This document shows positions 47,648-57,836 of a stretch of DNA of 64,000 nucleotides, piece after piece (the stretch's first letter is position 1; every line of letters begins with the position of its first letter). Below the pieces are notes generated by a model. The model was not told the DNA's origin. It did not search any database and saw only the letters and a program-made list of their open reading frames with translations. The DNA is from Candidatus Babeliales bacterium (lineage in GTDB: Bacteria > Babelota > Babeliae > Babelales > JANWKD01). The DNA lies in the NCBI GenBank assembly GCA_963722255.1, contig CAVRJO010000001.1:640001-704000 (forward strand). Reading direction: 5' to 3'. Both the position numbers and the translations under genes were made by a program.

Positions 47648-47948
47648 ATGAAAAAAGGACTTGGAAGTATTCCAAAAGGGCTTGCGTGGATTAATTCAAA
47701 AAAAGAACCTACAAAAGAGATTCCCAAAAAAAATAGTTCTAGTGCTCGTTCTAAAATAGTTAAAACATCACAACAAGGGCTTAATAGAAGGCTGGACACG
47801 CGCAACATTTATTATCAAACAACATCATTGTGAAAAATTAAAGGCACTAGCTTACTGGGATAGAAAGACGGTCAAAGAAGTTATTGAAGAGGCTCTTCAC
47901 GCTTATCTTAAAAATAAAAAGGTAAAGGCTATTCCTACTAAGAGATAA
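47648..47948 (+). CDS. Small ParA partner, putative ribbon-helix-helix DNA-binding protein (+1 frameshift near 47782)
   Basis: MKKGLGS...KTSQQGL | IEGWTRATFIIKQHHCEKLKALAYWDRKTVKEVIEEALHAYLK...; beta-alpha-alpha pattern at the C-terminus. Confidence 0.7.
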
Positions 47949-48068
47949 TTTTTTTAATTAGGTATTTTGCATGCCACAAATTTTTATTTATAAAGGTATT
48001 GGGCATGCAATACCTTTATAAATAAAAATAATCTTTACGGAATAATAATCTTTTATTATCATGTAATC

Positions 48069-49316
48069 ATGATAAACATTTATTACACAAACAATAATAA
48101 TTATAAAAAATTATTTTTTCTTTTCTGCACCGTGATAGCATTCACAGCTCATAACAGAAGTAACGCACTTTGGGTTGATCAAATTGCAGAACCACATATT
48201 TTGCATGAAAATTATCCGGGCTGGCCAATAATAAGTAAAAAAAGAGCTGCAAGCATAAGTGTGCTATTCTCAATCGCAGTAGCTTCTGGACTAAAAGTGG
48301 TACAAATATTTGATGATTATCTTGAAAAAAATGAATCAATTTCTTGGAAAAAAGCTGCTTTTTTTTCATGTTGTTGTATGGGGTGCGACTTCATAATCGG
48401 CTCTCTTATCGGAAGCATCAAAAGAAAAAGAAAATCTATGCAAGATGGGAAAGGACATGTTTATAATGCAACAACTCAAATGCGAGCTAAAAATCATCAT
48501 TTTGCTACCGCGCTGATTCTTCATAACAAAGATATTGCTAAAAAGAAAAATTCATGGCAAAAAATATCATTACGTGGTCTTGTCCAACTAGAGAGCATCG
48601 CATCTCAAACATATGAAAATAGACTCACAAAGTTTCAAAAGAAATGTCCTCGCATTCTTTCATGGCTTATTCCGCCTCAAAAATTTGAAACTGCAGCTTC
48701 ATTTACCTGTAATAACCATGACTTCCCCTTAAGAAAACCAGTTCAAGAAAATTGGTTCAAAGAAAAACTACGCATGCTTTTATCACCTCATTTTCCCAAA
48801 CGCTCTTTATCATTACAAAAAAAAATACAAACTTTAGAAACTATACAATTATTACAAAATCGATTAAATAATAATCCAACGGTAGAGAATATTGGAAACT
48901 TAGAAAAACTTCCTAATGAACTTGTAGAGTATATTTTCAGTTTTGTTAGTAGAAAAGAAATTGATATTACCAATGAAGAATTCTTTGTACATCTTTTGCC
49001 GTATATAACTATACGTGATACAGGCAACCGCCTTATAACTGATGATATTTACATTAATGATGTAAAGTTACCGCTAGATACAAAGCACTTAATTAAAAAA
49101 TTTTACGAGATTAATTTATTATTTCATAATGGCATCTATACAAGAGCTCAACAAACACTCGTTCTTGCAAATAAAATGGTAAAACAATTCAAAGGAAAAA
49201 ACATAACACGAAAAAAATTCATAAAAAAACTAGCTAAAACACTCAACTTACCAAAATCAAACATAACCATAGAGCCACTACATCGTAATGGCTATCATCA
49301 ATTTTTAGTTATCTAA
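48069..49316 (+). CDS. Exported membrane protein with F-box-like motif, paralog 1
   Basis: Signal plus 2 TM; LEKLPNELVEYIFSFV; shares LSWLIPPQKFET with 50319. Confidence 0.75.
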   Translation: MINIYYTNNNNYKKLFFLFCTVIAFTAHNRSNALWVDQIAEPHILHENYPGWPIISKKRAASISVLFSIAVASGLKVVQIFDDYLEKNESISWKKAAFFSCCCMGCDFIIGSLIGSIKRKRKSMQDGKGHVYNATTQMRAKNHHFATALILHNKDIAKKKNSWQKISLRGLVQLESIASQTYENRLTKFQKKCPRILSWLIPPQKFETAASFTCNNHDFPLRKPVQENWFKEKLRMLLSPHFPKRSLSLQKKIQTLETIQLLQNRLNNNPTVENIGNLEKLPNELVEYIFSFVSRKEIDITNEEFFVHLLPYITIRDTGNRLITDDIYINDVKLPLDTKHLIKKFYEINLLFHNGIYTRAQQTLVLANKMVKQFKGKNITRKKFIKKLAKTLNLPKSNITIEPLHRNGYHQFLVI

Positions 49317-49320
49317 CTTA

Positions 49321-50247
49321 GAGCCTGTCTGAAAACTAAATTTTTCTGAAAACGATGACTAGACAAGCAAATTGAACTAGCCCAAGAAAGTTTTTAGATA
49401 GCTTGTCATAACGAATGAAAACGCGTCTGAATCGATTCATCCAAGAAAATGTTCTTTGCAACAACCCACCGTATTGGATCTTTATTTGTTGTAACTCGAG
49501 GTTTATTTTTGGGTTTTTTTAATGGCATTACCGGCGTAAAGTTTCGTTTAATAGCTTCTTCCTTATTTTTTTTAGATACGAAGCCCTTGTCAGTGCGAAG
49601 ATAATGATTTCTTGATTGTGGGATTTGATACTGTAAATTATCAATAAGAGGAACAAATAATTGCGTGTCATGTCGATTTCCACCCGCAACGGTAGCGCTA
49701 AGAGGAAGTCCCAATTCTTCAACAACAAGATTTAATTTGGAGCCCAATTTTCTTCTATCAACAGGGCTAATTCCCGTTTTGTCTCCTCCAAGAGGCGCTT
49801 TTTTATGGCATGAATCTATAGATTGATTTTCAAGACGAAGTCCTTTTGTTCGATCATAGTGCATTAAAATTGATTTCCAAATTTTTTGAAAAGCATTTGC
49901 TTTAACTAGTTCTCTAAATCTGTGATAAACGGTTTTTGCTGGACCAAAGCATTTGGGCAGCGCATCCCACTGACATCCTGTCTTGAGTAAATAATATATT
50001 CCTGCTATTAATGGATCATTATCTGAACGTGGTCGACCTATTTTACTTGGTGGCATATAAAGACTGCAATAAAATTATGAAATTCTTGTAAAAGTTCTTT
50101 AGATATGACATATTTTGATGGTATAATTTCTTCGTAATTTAAATGCTTCATATGAAAAAATACTTTCTTTGTTTGTGTAGTAACAACAAGAGGGATTTTA
50201 TTTTTTTTATTTATTTTTTCAACTGCCTTGAGTTTTCAGACAGGCTC
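49321..50247 (-). mobile_element. IS5-family insertion sequence; transposase frameshifted
   Basis: 17-bp TIR GAGCCTGTCTGAAAACT / AGTTTTCAGACAGGCTC; TTA duplication; TG.QW..LP, IDS, DKG motifs. RWVVERTFSW is restored by removing one base near 49459. Confidence 0.92.
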
Positions 50248-50318
50248 TTAATCTTCAATAAGACCTTTATAAATAAAATATTCTTTACGGAGTAATAATC
50301 TTTTATTACCTTGTAATC

Positions 50319-51362
50319 ATGATAAACAATACTTACAAAAAACTATTTTTTCTTTTCTACATTTTGGCATTTCTAGCACCTTCGTACAATAAATGTGCTC
50401 AAGTTACTACAATCAAAGAACTACATATTTTAGATACGAATTGTCCACGCTGGCCTCAAAGAATTATAAGCAAAAGACATGGCCTTGGTGGAATTCTTGC
50501 TCTATCTCTTGCCTTTTTGTGTGAAATAAAATTATTAGGCATCTTCAATGATTGGCTTTATGACAACAAACCAATCGCTTGGACAAAGGCTATTCCTTTT
50601 GCGTGTTGTTCTGTGGGTTGTTTTGCAGGAAGCGTTTTGATGCTTACAGAGTTTTGTGAAAAATTAACCTCCGAAAAGAAAACAAGCCCAATGACCAGTG
50701 GCGCGGGAACAGAAGTTTATTGCTCAAGAATTCATATAAAAAAGTATAAAAAAGATTATCGCTTAAAAGTCTGTGACCCTTACAAAGATAGGAACATGCG
50801 CGAGGTTTCAATAGCAGGAGTTATTATATTAGAAAGTATCGCCTCTCAGTATTATGAACGCAAACTAACAGAACTTCAAAAAGAATGTCCATATCTACTG
50901 TCATGGCTCATACCGCCACAAAAATTTGAAACCGTAGCTTCATTTAAATATCATGGTCATGAATTGAACTTAAGAAGACCTGTTCAAGAGAGTTGGTTTC
51001 GAAAAAAACTACGCACACTTGTATCTCCCAACTTTCCTCAACGTTCTTTGTCGGTACAAGAAAAAATTCTCACGCTTTCAACGGTGCATACGTTACAAAA
51101 AAGAGTCTATGAAAATAAAGAATCGAAAGATATTGGAACTTTAAATAAACTTCCCAATGAAATTTTAGAAATAATTTTTAGCATGGCTTTAGATAAAACC
51201 TCATCAAAAATTAATGTTACCAAAAAAGAGTTTTTTATACATCTTTTACCTTATATATTTGTACGCGATCAAATGAAATACTTCATCACAGATTTTTCAA
51301 ATTATAAAAATGATGTGCAACCACCTGAAGACACCGTAGCATTAGTTAAAAAATTTTATTAA
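50319..51362 (+). CDS. Exported membrane protein with F-box-like motif, paralog 2
   Basis: LNKLPNEILEIIFSMA; ~60 bp upstream duplicated from 48010-48068; shorter C-terminus than paralog 1. Confidence 0.75.
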   Translation: MINNTYKKLFFLFYILAFLAPSYNKCAQVTTIKELHILDTNCPRWPQRIISKRHGLGGILALSLAFLCEIKLLGIFNDWLYDNKPIAWTKAIPFACCSVGCFAGSVLMLTEFCEKLTSEKKTSPMTSGAGTEVYCSRIHIKKYKKDYRLKVCDPYKDRNMREVSIAGVIILESIASQYYERKLTELQKECPYLLSWLIPPQKFETVASFKYHGHELNLRRPVQESWFRKKLRTLVSPNFPQRSLSVQEKILTLSTVHTLQKRVYENKESKDIGTLNKLPNEILEIIFSMALDKTSSKINVTKKEFFIHLLPYIFVRDQMKYFITDFSNYKNDVQPPEDTVALVKKFY

Positions 51363-51392
51363 GAATTCAATAAAATGATTTTTAATTTTTAT

Positions 51393-51455
51393 AACTGGAT
51401 CCTCGCGCATTCGCTCAGGATGACAGTTTTGCACTTTATTTTTTTTTACAAGGCC
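51393..51455. repeat. Half copy of CTGGATCC...GGATGACAGTTTTGC palindrome
   Basis: Matches 4740-4801 including TTTTTTTACAAGGC, with a different inner hairpin. Confidence 0.8.
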
Positions 51456-51489
51456 ACAATGCACCACAAGAGATATTTATATCATTATT

Positions 51490-51733
51490 TCCTTTAAGCA
51501 CAACCGTTGAAGGCTCTGCAGCATATCCCAGCGGGATATGGGAGGAGCCGCCTTTTGTGCGACAGAGATTCCTAAGATACTTCTTAGGTGTCCTTTTGGT
51601 TTTAGGTATTTTTGACATAAAAATACCTAATTTAAAAAAATGTATTAAAGGCATTGGGCTTACAATATCTTTATAAAAAAAATCTTATTAAAAGGAATTA
51701 GGGTTATAGGGATTTTATAGCAGAAAAATACCT
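51490..51733 (+). repeat. Full class II modular structured repeat
   Basis: GCACAA-CCGTTGAA-GGCTC..GAGCC-GCCT-TTTGTGC-GACAGAGATT-CCTAAGA/TCTTAGG-TGTCCTTTTGG-AGGTAT hairpin-terminal module. Confidence 0.85.
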
Positions 51734-51739
51734 TATAAA

Positions 51740-53095
51740 CTAATCTTCTACAATCCGTATTTCAACAACTAAATTATCCGGTTGATCAAAGTCTTTACCA
51801 TCTTTCCTTACATTTGCAATATAAAGATTTTTTATTCTATATACAGGCGTTAGTTTTGCTTCTTTGCCTGAAAACCCATCAGCAATCTTTTGATCGGTAA
51901 AAAACCTCTTTTTTTCCCAAAGTTCATAACTAATATTTTCATCAACTGGTTCTAATGATGTCGCACCTAACTCATCTTTTTTGAGACGCCCCATTCTCCA
52001 TTCTAAAAGTCTAATTCGTTTTGGAGGAGAATCAAACGTAAAATAACGACTATATTGTTTACTTTTTCTTAATTTTTTTGGCTTTTGCAAAGCAATAAGA
52101 TTGTTTTTTTGTCCTTCTATCTCAATCGGTTTTTTATGCGCTCCTTGATGCATAAATGCATTATAAAGAAAAGGAGATTCTGGAGAATCACCATGATAGG
52201 TAATGCCAAATTTTGATGCTTCAACTGAAGATCCCCAACGTCCCCAAAAGTTAATCCATTCTTGGCCCGCTTGAGGATGTAATAACGTTCCAATATATTT
52301 TCCGTGTTCCCAACCTTTCCATGAAGGCCCTTTAGCACTTGTCTGATCAACATCGCTACTTAATCGAGTAACATAGGGATAAGTCCCATGACTATTCTTT
52401 CCAACATATACAACAGGGTGCGTCCCATTTGGATCATTCTGCATAGCATCATTTACAAGCTCCAGATCATCACGTTTAACCAAATCACCTTTCTTCTGTT
52501 GATGCCGTGCAAAAAATAGTTGACTAATTTCATACCCAATTTCATGCTCATCGGATTTTTTTAAATAGATGTTTACATGCTCCCAATCACCTTCATGGTA
52601 ACCAATGTCTCGTAAAAAATAATCAAGCCCTTTGGCAATAACAATCGAACCTTGCCATGGATAAAAGCACCAAAATTGTAACACTACGTTACCATTTTCT
52701 CGCTCTACTGCATTCACATAACAATCTTGCTGACTTAGATTATGAGCATCATAACCAGGACCTTTTTTAAGCCCTTGTTTATCCCCTTCAAGATTAAGAT
52801 AATATTCACCTTCCGGATTTGGTGTAGTATAAGGAGCACTACCGACCAGTTGCGAATTTAATGAACCCCGATCAAGAAGCTTCACCGGAGATTTGCTCCT
52901 ATCATTATAACGAAGATTGAGAGAAGAATGTGCAAGCATCCAATCAACCGAAGCTGGTGATGATTCATCAGTGTGATGAATCCTAAAAAGTGGCCCAAAG
53001 GTTTTTATAAGCTTTGTAATAGTTTCAACCGATAACTCTGCATGGGCTTGATTCGTAACCAAAAAGCTCAATAACAACAGCGTGATTTTTTTCAT
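51740..53095 (-). CDS. Secreted Vps62/DUF946-like domain protein
   Basis: Signal peptide (AHA); P.FRIH..D...P, QFWCFYP, HEGDWEH, HPVVYV...SHG.Y, W..F.GRWG. Confidence 0.75.
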   Translation of the reverse strand: MKKITLLLLSFLVTNQAHAELSVETITKLIKTFGPLFRIHHTDESSPASVDWMLAHSSLNLRYNDRSKSPVKLLDRGSLNSQLVGSAPYTTPNPEGEYYLNLEGDKQGLKKGPGYDAHNLSQQDCYVNAVERENGNVVLQFWCFYPWQGSIVIAKGLDYFLRDIGYHEGDWEHVNIYLKKSDEHEIGYEISQLFFARHQQKKGDLVKRDDLELVNDAMQNDPNGTHPVVYVGKNSHGTYPYVTRLSSDVDQTSAKGPSWKGWEHGKYIGTLLHPQAGQEWINFWGRWGSSVEASKFGITYHGDSPESPFLYNAFMHQGAHKKPIEIEGQKNNLIALQKPKKLRKSKQYSRYFTFDSPPKRIRLLEWRMGRLKKDELGATSLEPVDENISYELWEKKRFFTDQKIADGFSGKEAKLTPVYRIKNLYIANVRKDGKDFDQPDNLVVEIRIVED

Positions 53096-53191
53096 AATAA
53101 ATAGGTCCTAAAAAAAATGATGCTCAATGATACCATTACTATTTTCATGGTACTCTAGAGCATCATTCAAAAACAACAAATTTTTTTATAG

Positions 53192-54574
53192 TTAACCTAT
53201 ATACTGCTCAAGCTCCCAATCAGTGACTGTGGTCATAAAAGAATCTAATTCCGCTTTTTTGTAATCTAAAATATTATTAAATAAATCATCACCTAATAAT
53301 TCTCGCATAAGCTCACTTCCTTCAAATGCGTTAAGAGCTTCTTGCATAGTTTTAGGAAGAAGAGTGATATTTTTTGCTCTAATAGTTTCATCATCAATTG
53401 TATAAAGATTTACATCAACTATTTCAGGCAGCTTGTACTTATTTTTAATGCCTTCCATACCGGCTTTTAAAAGCGCAGCAAAAACCAAATACGGATTGCA
53501 CATTGCATCCGGCGATCTAATTTCTGCGCGAACAAATTCTGCTTCCCCACAATAAGGCAAACGAATGAGCGCACTTCTATTGCGGCTACCACAACAAATA
53601 AATTTAGGCGCTTCATGGCCACCCAGTCTTTTATAGGAGTTCACGGTTGGATTCATAAGAAGAGTAAATTCAGCAACATATTTTAAGACTCCGGCTATAA
53701 ATGATTTTGCTACTGCGCTCAACTGATGCTCATCAGAATCATCATAAAATGCATTCGATGCATTTTGAAGATCAAAAAGACTAAAATTGATATGCATGCC
53801 ATTTCCCGGTTTACCGGTCATCGGCTTTGGCATAAAGCTGACTTTTTTATTATAATTTTCAAATAAAACGGGTAGCGCGTGCTTTGTAGACACTAAAGCA
53901 TCTGCTATGTGAAGCGCATTATCACATTCTAAATTAACTTCAAACTGACCTTCACCAACTTCATGATGAAGCGCTCTTACACCAAGACCAAGCTGATTGA
54001 GTACATGTACTATAGTTATTAATGAATTTTCTAAAGCAATATGATTCATGCCATCCGCATACGTACCATGATCTATCGGAACTAATCTATTATTTTTTAT
54101 TTTTTGTTCAAAAGCATAAAATTCAATTTCAGGACCAATCAAAAAATCATACCCCATTTGATGCAAAGACTCTAATTCGCGCTTCAAAATAGCGCGTGGA
54201 TCAGAACAATACGGTGTATTTTTATCAGAGTGCATAGTGCACATAACGCGGACCATATTAGTATGATCATAGGTCCAAGGAAGCTTTCTCACCGGCGATT
54301 CAAGATCAGGCATGAGAAGCATATCGCTCTTTGTGATTCGCGTACAACCTTGAATTGATGATCCATCAAAGCTAATGCCATTTTCTAAATCTTTTTCTAA
54401 ATATTCTATAGGACGTACTATTGCTTTACGTTTGCCTAAAAAATCAGAAAAACAGTATTCAATATATTGAACATGATGCGTCATACACGTATCAATGAGA
54501 CATTCTTTTTGTAGACCTGCCTTGAGTGGTATACATAATCCAATAATAAGCATTGGAACTATTCTTCGTATCAT
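53192..54574 (-). CDS. glnA: Type I glutamine synthetase with N-terminal signal-peptide-like extension
   Basis: FDGSSI, GPEIEFY, HHEV..GQFE, FMPKP..G..GNGMH, NSYKRL..HEAP, RNRSALIR, EIRSPD...NPY. Confidence 0.92.
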   Translation of the reverse strand: MIRRIVPMLIIGLCIPLKAGLQKECLIDTCMTHHVQYIEYCFSDFLGKRKAIVRPIEYLEKDLENGISFDGSSIQGCTRITKSDMLLMPDLESPVRKLPWTYDHTNMVRVMCTMHSDKNTPYCSDPRAILKRELESLHQMGYDFLIGPEIEFYAFEQKIKNNRLVPIDHGTYADGMNHIALENSLITIVHVLNQLGLGVRALHHEVGEGQFEVNLECDNALHIADALVSTKHALPVLFENYNKKVSFMPKPMTGKPGNGMHINFSLFDLQNASNAFYDDSDEHQLSAVAKSFIAGVLKYVAEFTLLMNPTVNSYKRLGGHEAPKFICCGSRNRSALIRLPYCGEAEFVRAEIRSPDAMCNPYLVFAALLKAGMEGIKNKYKLPEIVDVNLYTIDDETIRAKNITLLPKTMQEALNAFEGSELMRELLGDDLFNNILDYKKAELDSFMTTVTDWELEQYIG

Positions 54575-54733
54575 GCTGCTCCTTTTTTTTAGATAAGTTA
54601 TTATGTTCTACACCAAGTAATACCATGAGTATTTATAACTGACAAGGTGTAAAACAATAACAAATTTGTTGTTGTTTTACAGAAGCCGTGATAAGTTATG
54701 TAAGATTATTTTTTCAAGTAGGGAGTAATAACT

Positions 54734-55963
54734 ATGTTTAATAAAAAAGCAATAATCATCGTAGGTCTTGCAGTAGCATTTACTAATACTATACAAGCTA
54801 AAAATCCTAAGAAAAAAGTCCCTCAAGAAGGATATATTTCTAACTATGGCCCTCTTCAAAATCTTTGGCGATTTTACAACTATGCCTCAGGACATAATCG
54901 TAAAAAAGAAATCCTAGAAGCCATTAAAGGTAATGACAAAGAAGCTTTCAAAAAAAATTTTATGGAAGGCGATCTTGTTAATCAAACCGATATAGTCGTT
55001 GAAATCATTGTTAATAACAACCTTGAGCTTTTACAACTGGTTGATGAAGAATTACATATTGATATTAAAGCCGTTGTAGAGAAGCATATAGCTCACAAAA
55101 AAAATGCTGCTCATCAGATCCCTCATAAACTTGTGGAAAGACATGGATCAAAATCTATTGCAATGCTTTATTTTTTAAACGATCATGGAATAGAAATTGA
55201 TGTAAAAAATGAAGAGGGTAACACCATTGCACATACCGTCAAAGATAAAGTTTTAGTAGATGAGGTTGTCGGAAAAATTGTTGATGTAAATTCTCGCAAT
55301 AATCAAGGAGAAACTCCCGTTTTTATTGCAACAAAAAATAATGATTTTGAAAAAATAAAAATGCTAACTACTGCTCAAGCAGACGTCAATATTCCTAATA
55401 ACGAAGGTATAACACCGGGTCATATTGCTGCTTCAGGTAACTGTTCTGCAGCTTGCGCAAAAATTATCTTTGAATCAAACATGGACCCAAAGGCTGTTAA
55501 TCAAGAAGGGATCTCTGTAAAAAAAACTTTGGGAAATACACGACACAGAGAATGCATTAAAGGACTTGGAAAAATAAAAGACAAACAAACTTTTTCTACC
55601 TATAAAAAACGATGCACACATCTTACTACCATTGAACATTATTTTAAGCAGGGTTATTTAAAAGGGCTCGAACAAAGAATTAAAAAACTTAAAGAAGAAA
55701 AAAACCATTTAATAGATTTAGAAACAACATTAAGCGAAAAAGAATTAGCGCAACGTAAACAACTTCTAGAAGAACAACTTGCTCGTTTAGAATTGGAAAA
55801 ACAAAAGATTGAAGAAAATCGTAAAAATAGACAAGCTGAGCTTCATGAATTTGAGGAACTAGAGGAAGTTCTCAACCAAGAGATTCTACCACAAGAGGAT
55901 ACAACATCTGTTCATGAAATTGCAAAGAAAGAGCAAGAAAAAAATCCTGATGATTCTCATTAA
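54734..55963 (+). CDS. Secreted ankyrin-repeat protein with C-terminal coiled coil
   Basis: Signal peptide (IQA); GNTIAH, GETPVF and GITPGH motifs; Glu/Lys-rich tail. Confidence 0.82.
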   Translation: MFNKKAIIIVGLAVAFTNTIQAKNPKKKVPQEGYISNYGPLQNLWRFYNYASGHNRKKEILEAIKGNDKEAFKKNFMEGDLVNQTDIVVEIIVNNNLELLQLVDEELHIDIKAVVEKHIAHKKNAAHQIPHKLVERHGSKSIAMLYFLNDHGIEIDVKNEEGNTIAHTVKDKVLVDEVVGKIVDVNSRNNQGETPVFIATKNNDFEKIKMLTTAQADVNIPNNEGITPGHIAASGNCSAACAKIIFESNMDPKAVNQEGISVKKTLGNTRHRECIKGLGKIKDKQTFSTYKKRCTHLTTIEHYFKQGYLKGLEQRIKKLKEEKNHLIDLETTLSEKELAQRKQLLEEQLARLELEKQKIEENRKNRQAELHEFEELEEVLNQEILPQEDTTSVHEIAKKEQEKNPDDSH

Positions 55964-56402
55964 AAATACACAACGAAAAATTAAATTTTCTACTAAAAAG
56001 TTGGAACAAGATGCGCAAAAAATTTTGCGCATCTTGCATTACGATGAGTATGATCTTGGAATTTTGATCACCACAAATAAAACCATCCACACCTACAATC
56101 GAGAATACCGAAAGAAAGATAAACCAACTGATATTCTTTCTTTTTCCTACCATCCTACCCTTAAAGCAGGTGAACGTATTCTTCCAAAATCTGATGAGGA
56201 TAAAAATTTAGGCGATCTCATTATTTCTGCAGAATATGTACAAAAGGTCGCTTCAGAGCTTCATCAAACAATAGATAAACGCATGAGAATTTTACTTGTA
56301 CATGGCATTTGCCATTTGTTAGGCTATGACCATGAATTAGATGAAGATTACAAAATTATGCATAAAAAAGAAGTTGCTTTATTAAAAAAATTGAATGCTT
56401 AA
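55950..56402 (+). CDS. ybeY: rRNA maturation RNase YbeY
   Basis: N..YR.KDKPTDILSF, LGDLIIS, HGICHLLGYDH. Confidence 0.95.
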   Translation: MILIKNTQRKIKFSTKKLEQDAQKILRILHYDEYDLGILITTNKTIHTYNREYRKKDKPTDILSFSYHPTLKAGERILPKSDEDKNLGDLIISAEYVQKVASELHQTIDKRMRILLVHGICHLLGYDHELDEDYKIMHKKEVALLKKLNA

Positions 56403-56464
56403 TTTAATTTTTTATGAGCCCAAACCACGAATAAACAAAAAAGAGTCAATGAAGGAAACGTTGC

Positions 56465-56881
56465 ATGAGATTTTTATTCTTATTGTTTTTTTTATCCTTT
56501 TTTTCTCTGTATGCTATGGATGATAGCAGTTTAGTAAATGAACAATCCAATCAAGAAAATGCATCAAACTTAAAAACCAAGGGCTTCAAAATATGCTGTA
56601 GCTGCTTGGGCAAAACAAAATATTACATAATCAAAGCACGTAAAAAATATAATGATCATGAAGATCAAGAAGAACATCATGAAGTATACAATTTGGTATT
56701 TACCTCATTACAAAATGCTCAAGATCATACATCTTTTGTACAACTTTTAGATAGTTCGACTCGTTATGTTTCGAGCTATAAAGACAAATTCGATAAAAAA
56801 ACGAACCGTTATGAAGTCGTTAAAGAAATCTATTTATTAGCATTTATAGAATCAAATGAGCATGCTCTTATGAAAAAATGA
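56465..56881 (+). CDS. Hypothetical secreted protein
   Basis: Signal peptide ending LYA-MD; CCSC motif. Confidence 0.7.
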   Translation: MRFLFLLFFLSFFSLYAMDDSSLVNEQSNQENASNLKTKGFKICCSCLGKTKYYIIKARKKYNDHEDQEEHHEVYNLVFTSLQNAQDHTSFVQLLDSSTRYVSSYKDKFDKKTNRYEVVKEIYLLAFIESNEHALMKK

Positions 56882-56919
56882 AAACAGTAACACCACATCG
56901 TGCAACTTTCTAGGAAACT

Positions 56920-57156
56920 ATGGAAATACAAAAAATTAAACCTGGAATTTACAAACATTATAAAGGAAAAGAATACAAAGTTTTAATGATTGGAGTTAAT
57001 ACCGAATCTTTAGAAAAACAAGTTGTTTATCAAGCACTTTATAATGATGAGCATTTTGGCAACAATGCTATTTGGATTCGCCCTTTATCAATGTTTTGTG
57101 AAACCATCACTTTTGATGACAAAGAAGTACCACGTTTTATTAGAATTAACTCATAA
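56920..57156 (+). CDS. DUF1653 family protein
   Basis: G.YKHYKG..Y.V, E..VVYQALY, W.RP..MF, PRF. Confidence 0.88.
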   Translation: MEIQKIKPGIYKHYKGKEYKVLMIGVNTESLEKQVVYQALYNDEHFGNNAIWIRPLSMFCETITFDDKEVPRFIRINS

Positions 57157-57191
57157 CTATATTGACCAATATCATAACTACAAGTTTTTTT

Positions 57192-57410
57192 ACTAAGGTA
57201 TTTTGTTTGCCACAAAGTTTCTTTATAAAGGTATTGCATGCACAATACCTTTAATATATTTTTTTAACTTAGGTATTTTTATGTCAAAAATACCTAAAAC
57301 CAAAAGGACACCTAAGAAGTATCTTAGGAATCTCTGTCGCACAAAAGGCGAGCCCTCGCATATTCCTTCGGAATATGCGAGGGCTCTTCAACGGTTGCGC
57401 TCAAAGGACT
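57192..57410 (-). repeat. Class II modular structured repeat, minus-strand copy
   Basis: Reverse complement closely matches 51490-51680, with a different inner stem (GAGCCCTCGCATATTCC/GGAATATGCGAGGGCTC). Confidence 0.85.
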
Positions 57411-57421
57411 TTTCATTTTTA

Positions 57422-57583
57422 TTACTGGATCCCCCAGCCGACGCTTATCCAGGCCTTCCTACTTCGCTCCCATGAAGCTTCGAAGGACATGTCCGGCCTG
57501 TTCTTCGAAGTCTTGACGTAGTAGAACTTGGCAAGCTTTGTCATCCAGAGACCTTCACTTAGGTGAAGGTCTCTGGATGACAA
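57422..57583. repeat. CTGGATCC/GGATGAC palindromic element with nested mini-hairpins
   Basis: Shares AGCCGACGCTTATCCAGGC.TTCCTACTTCGCTC with 4328-4362; ends in the long palindrome TGTCATCCAGAGACCTTCAC-TTAG-GTGAAGGTCTCTGGATGACA. Confidence 0.82.
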
Positions 57584-57600
57584 TCGGCAATTTATAATAT

Positions 57601-57836
57601 TTCTCCGGTAGCTACACGTGGTCCCGAAAACTTAATGCTGTAAGCATTAATGTTGAAGTGGGCCATATTGGAGCGGGAGAGCAATCCAACAGCATGTTGG
57701 TGTCCTTGTAGTTAAGGTATATTGGACACACAATATACCTTTAATAAAAAAAATTTTGACATAAAAATACCTTAGTAAAAAAAATCTTATTAAAAGGAAT
57801 TAGGGTTATAGGGATTTTATAGCAGAAAAATACCTA
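57601..57836 (+). repeat. Class I structured element copy D plus terminal module
   Basis: TGGTCCC/GGGCCA, TTAATGCT/AGCATTAA, CCAACA/TGTTGG and AAGGTATATTG/CAATATACCTT stems, then AAAAGGAATTAGGGTTATAGGGATTTTATAGCAGAAAAATACCT. Confidence 0.8.

Noticed and set aside
51436..51654. ORFs containing MSKIPKTKRTPKKYLRNLCRTKG (also 57203..57475)
   Set aside because: Chance read-through of the class II repeat; no RBS or coding context.
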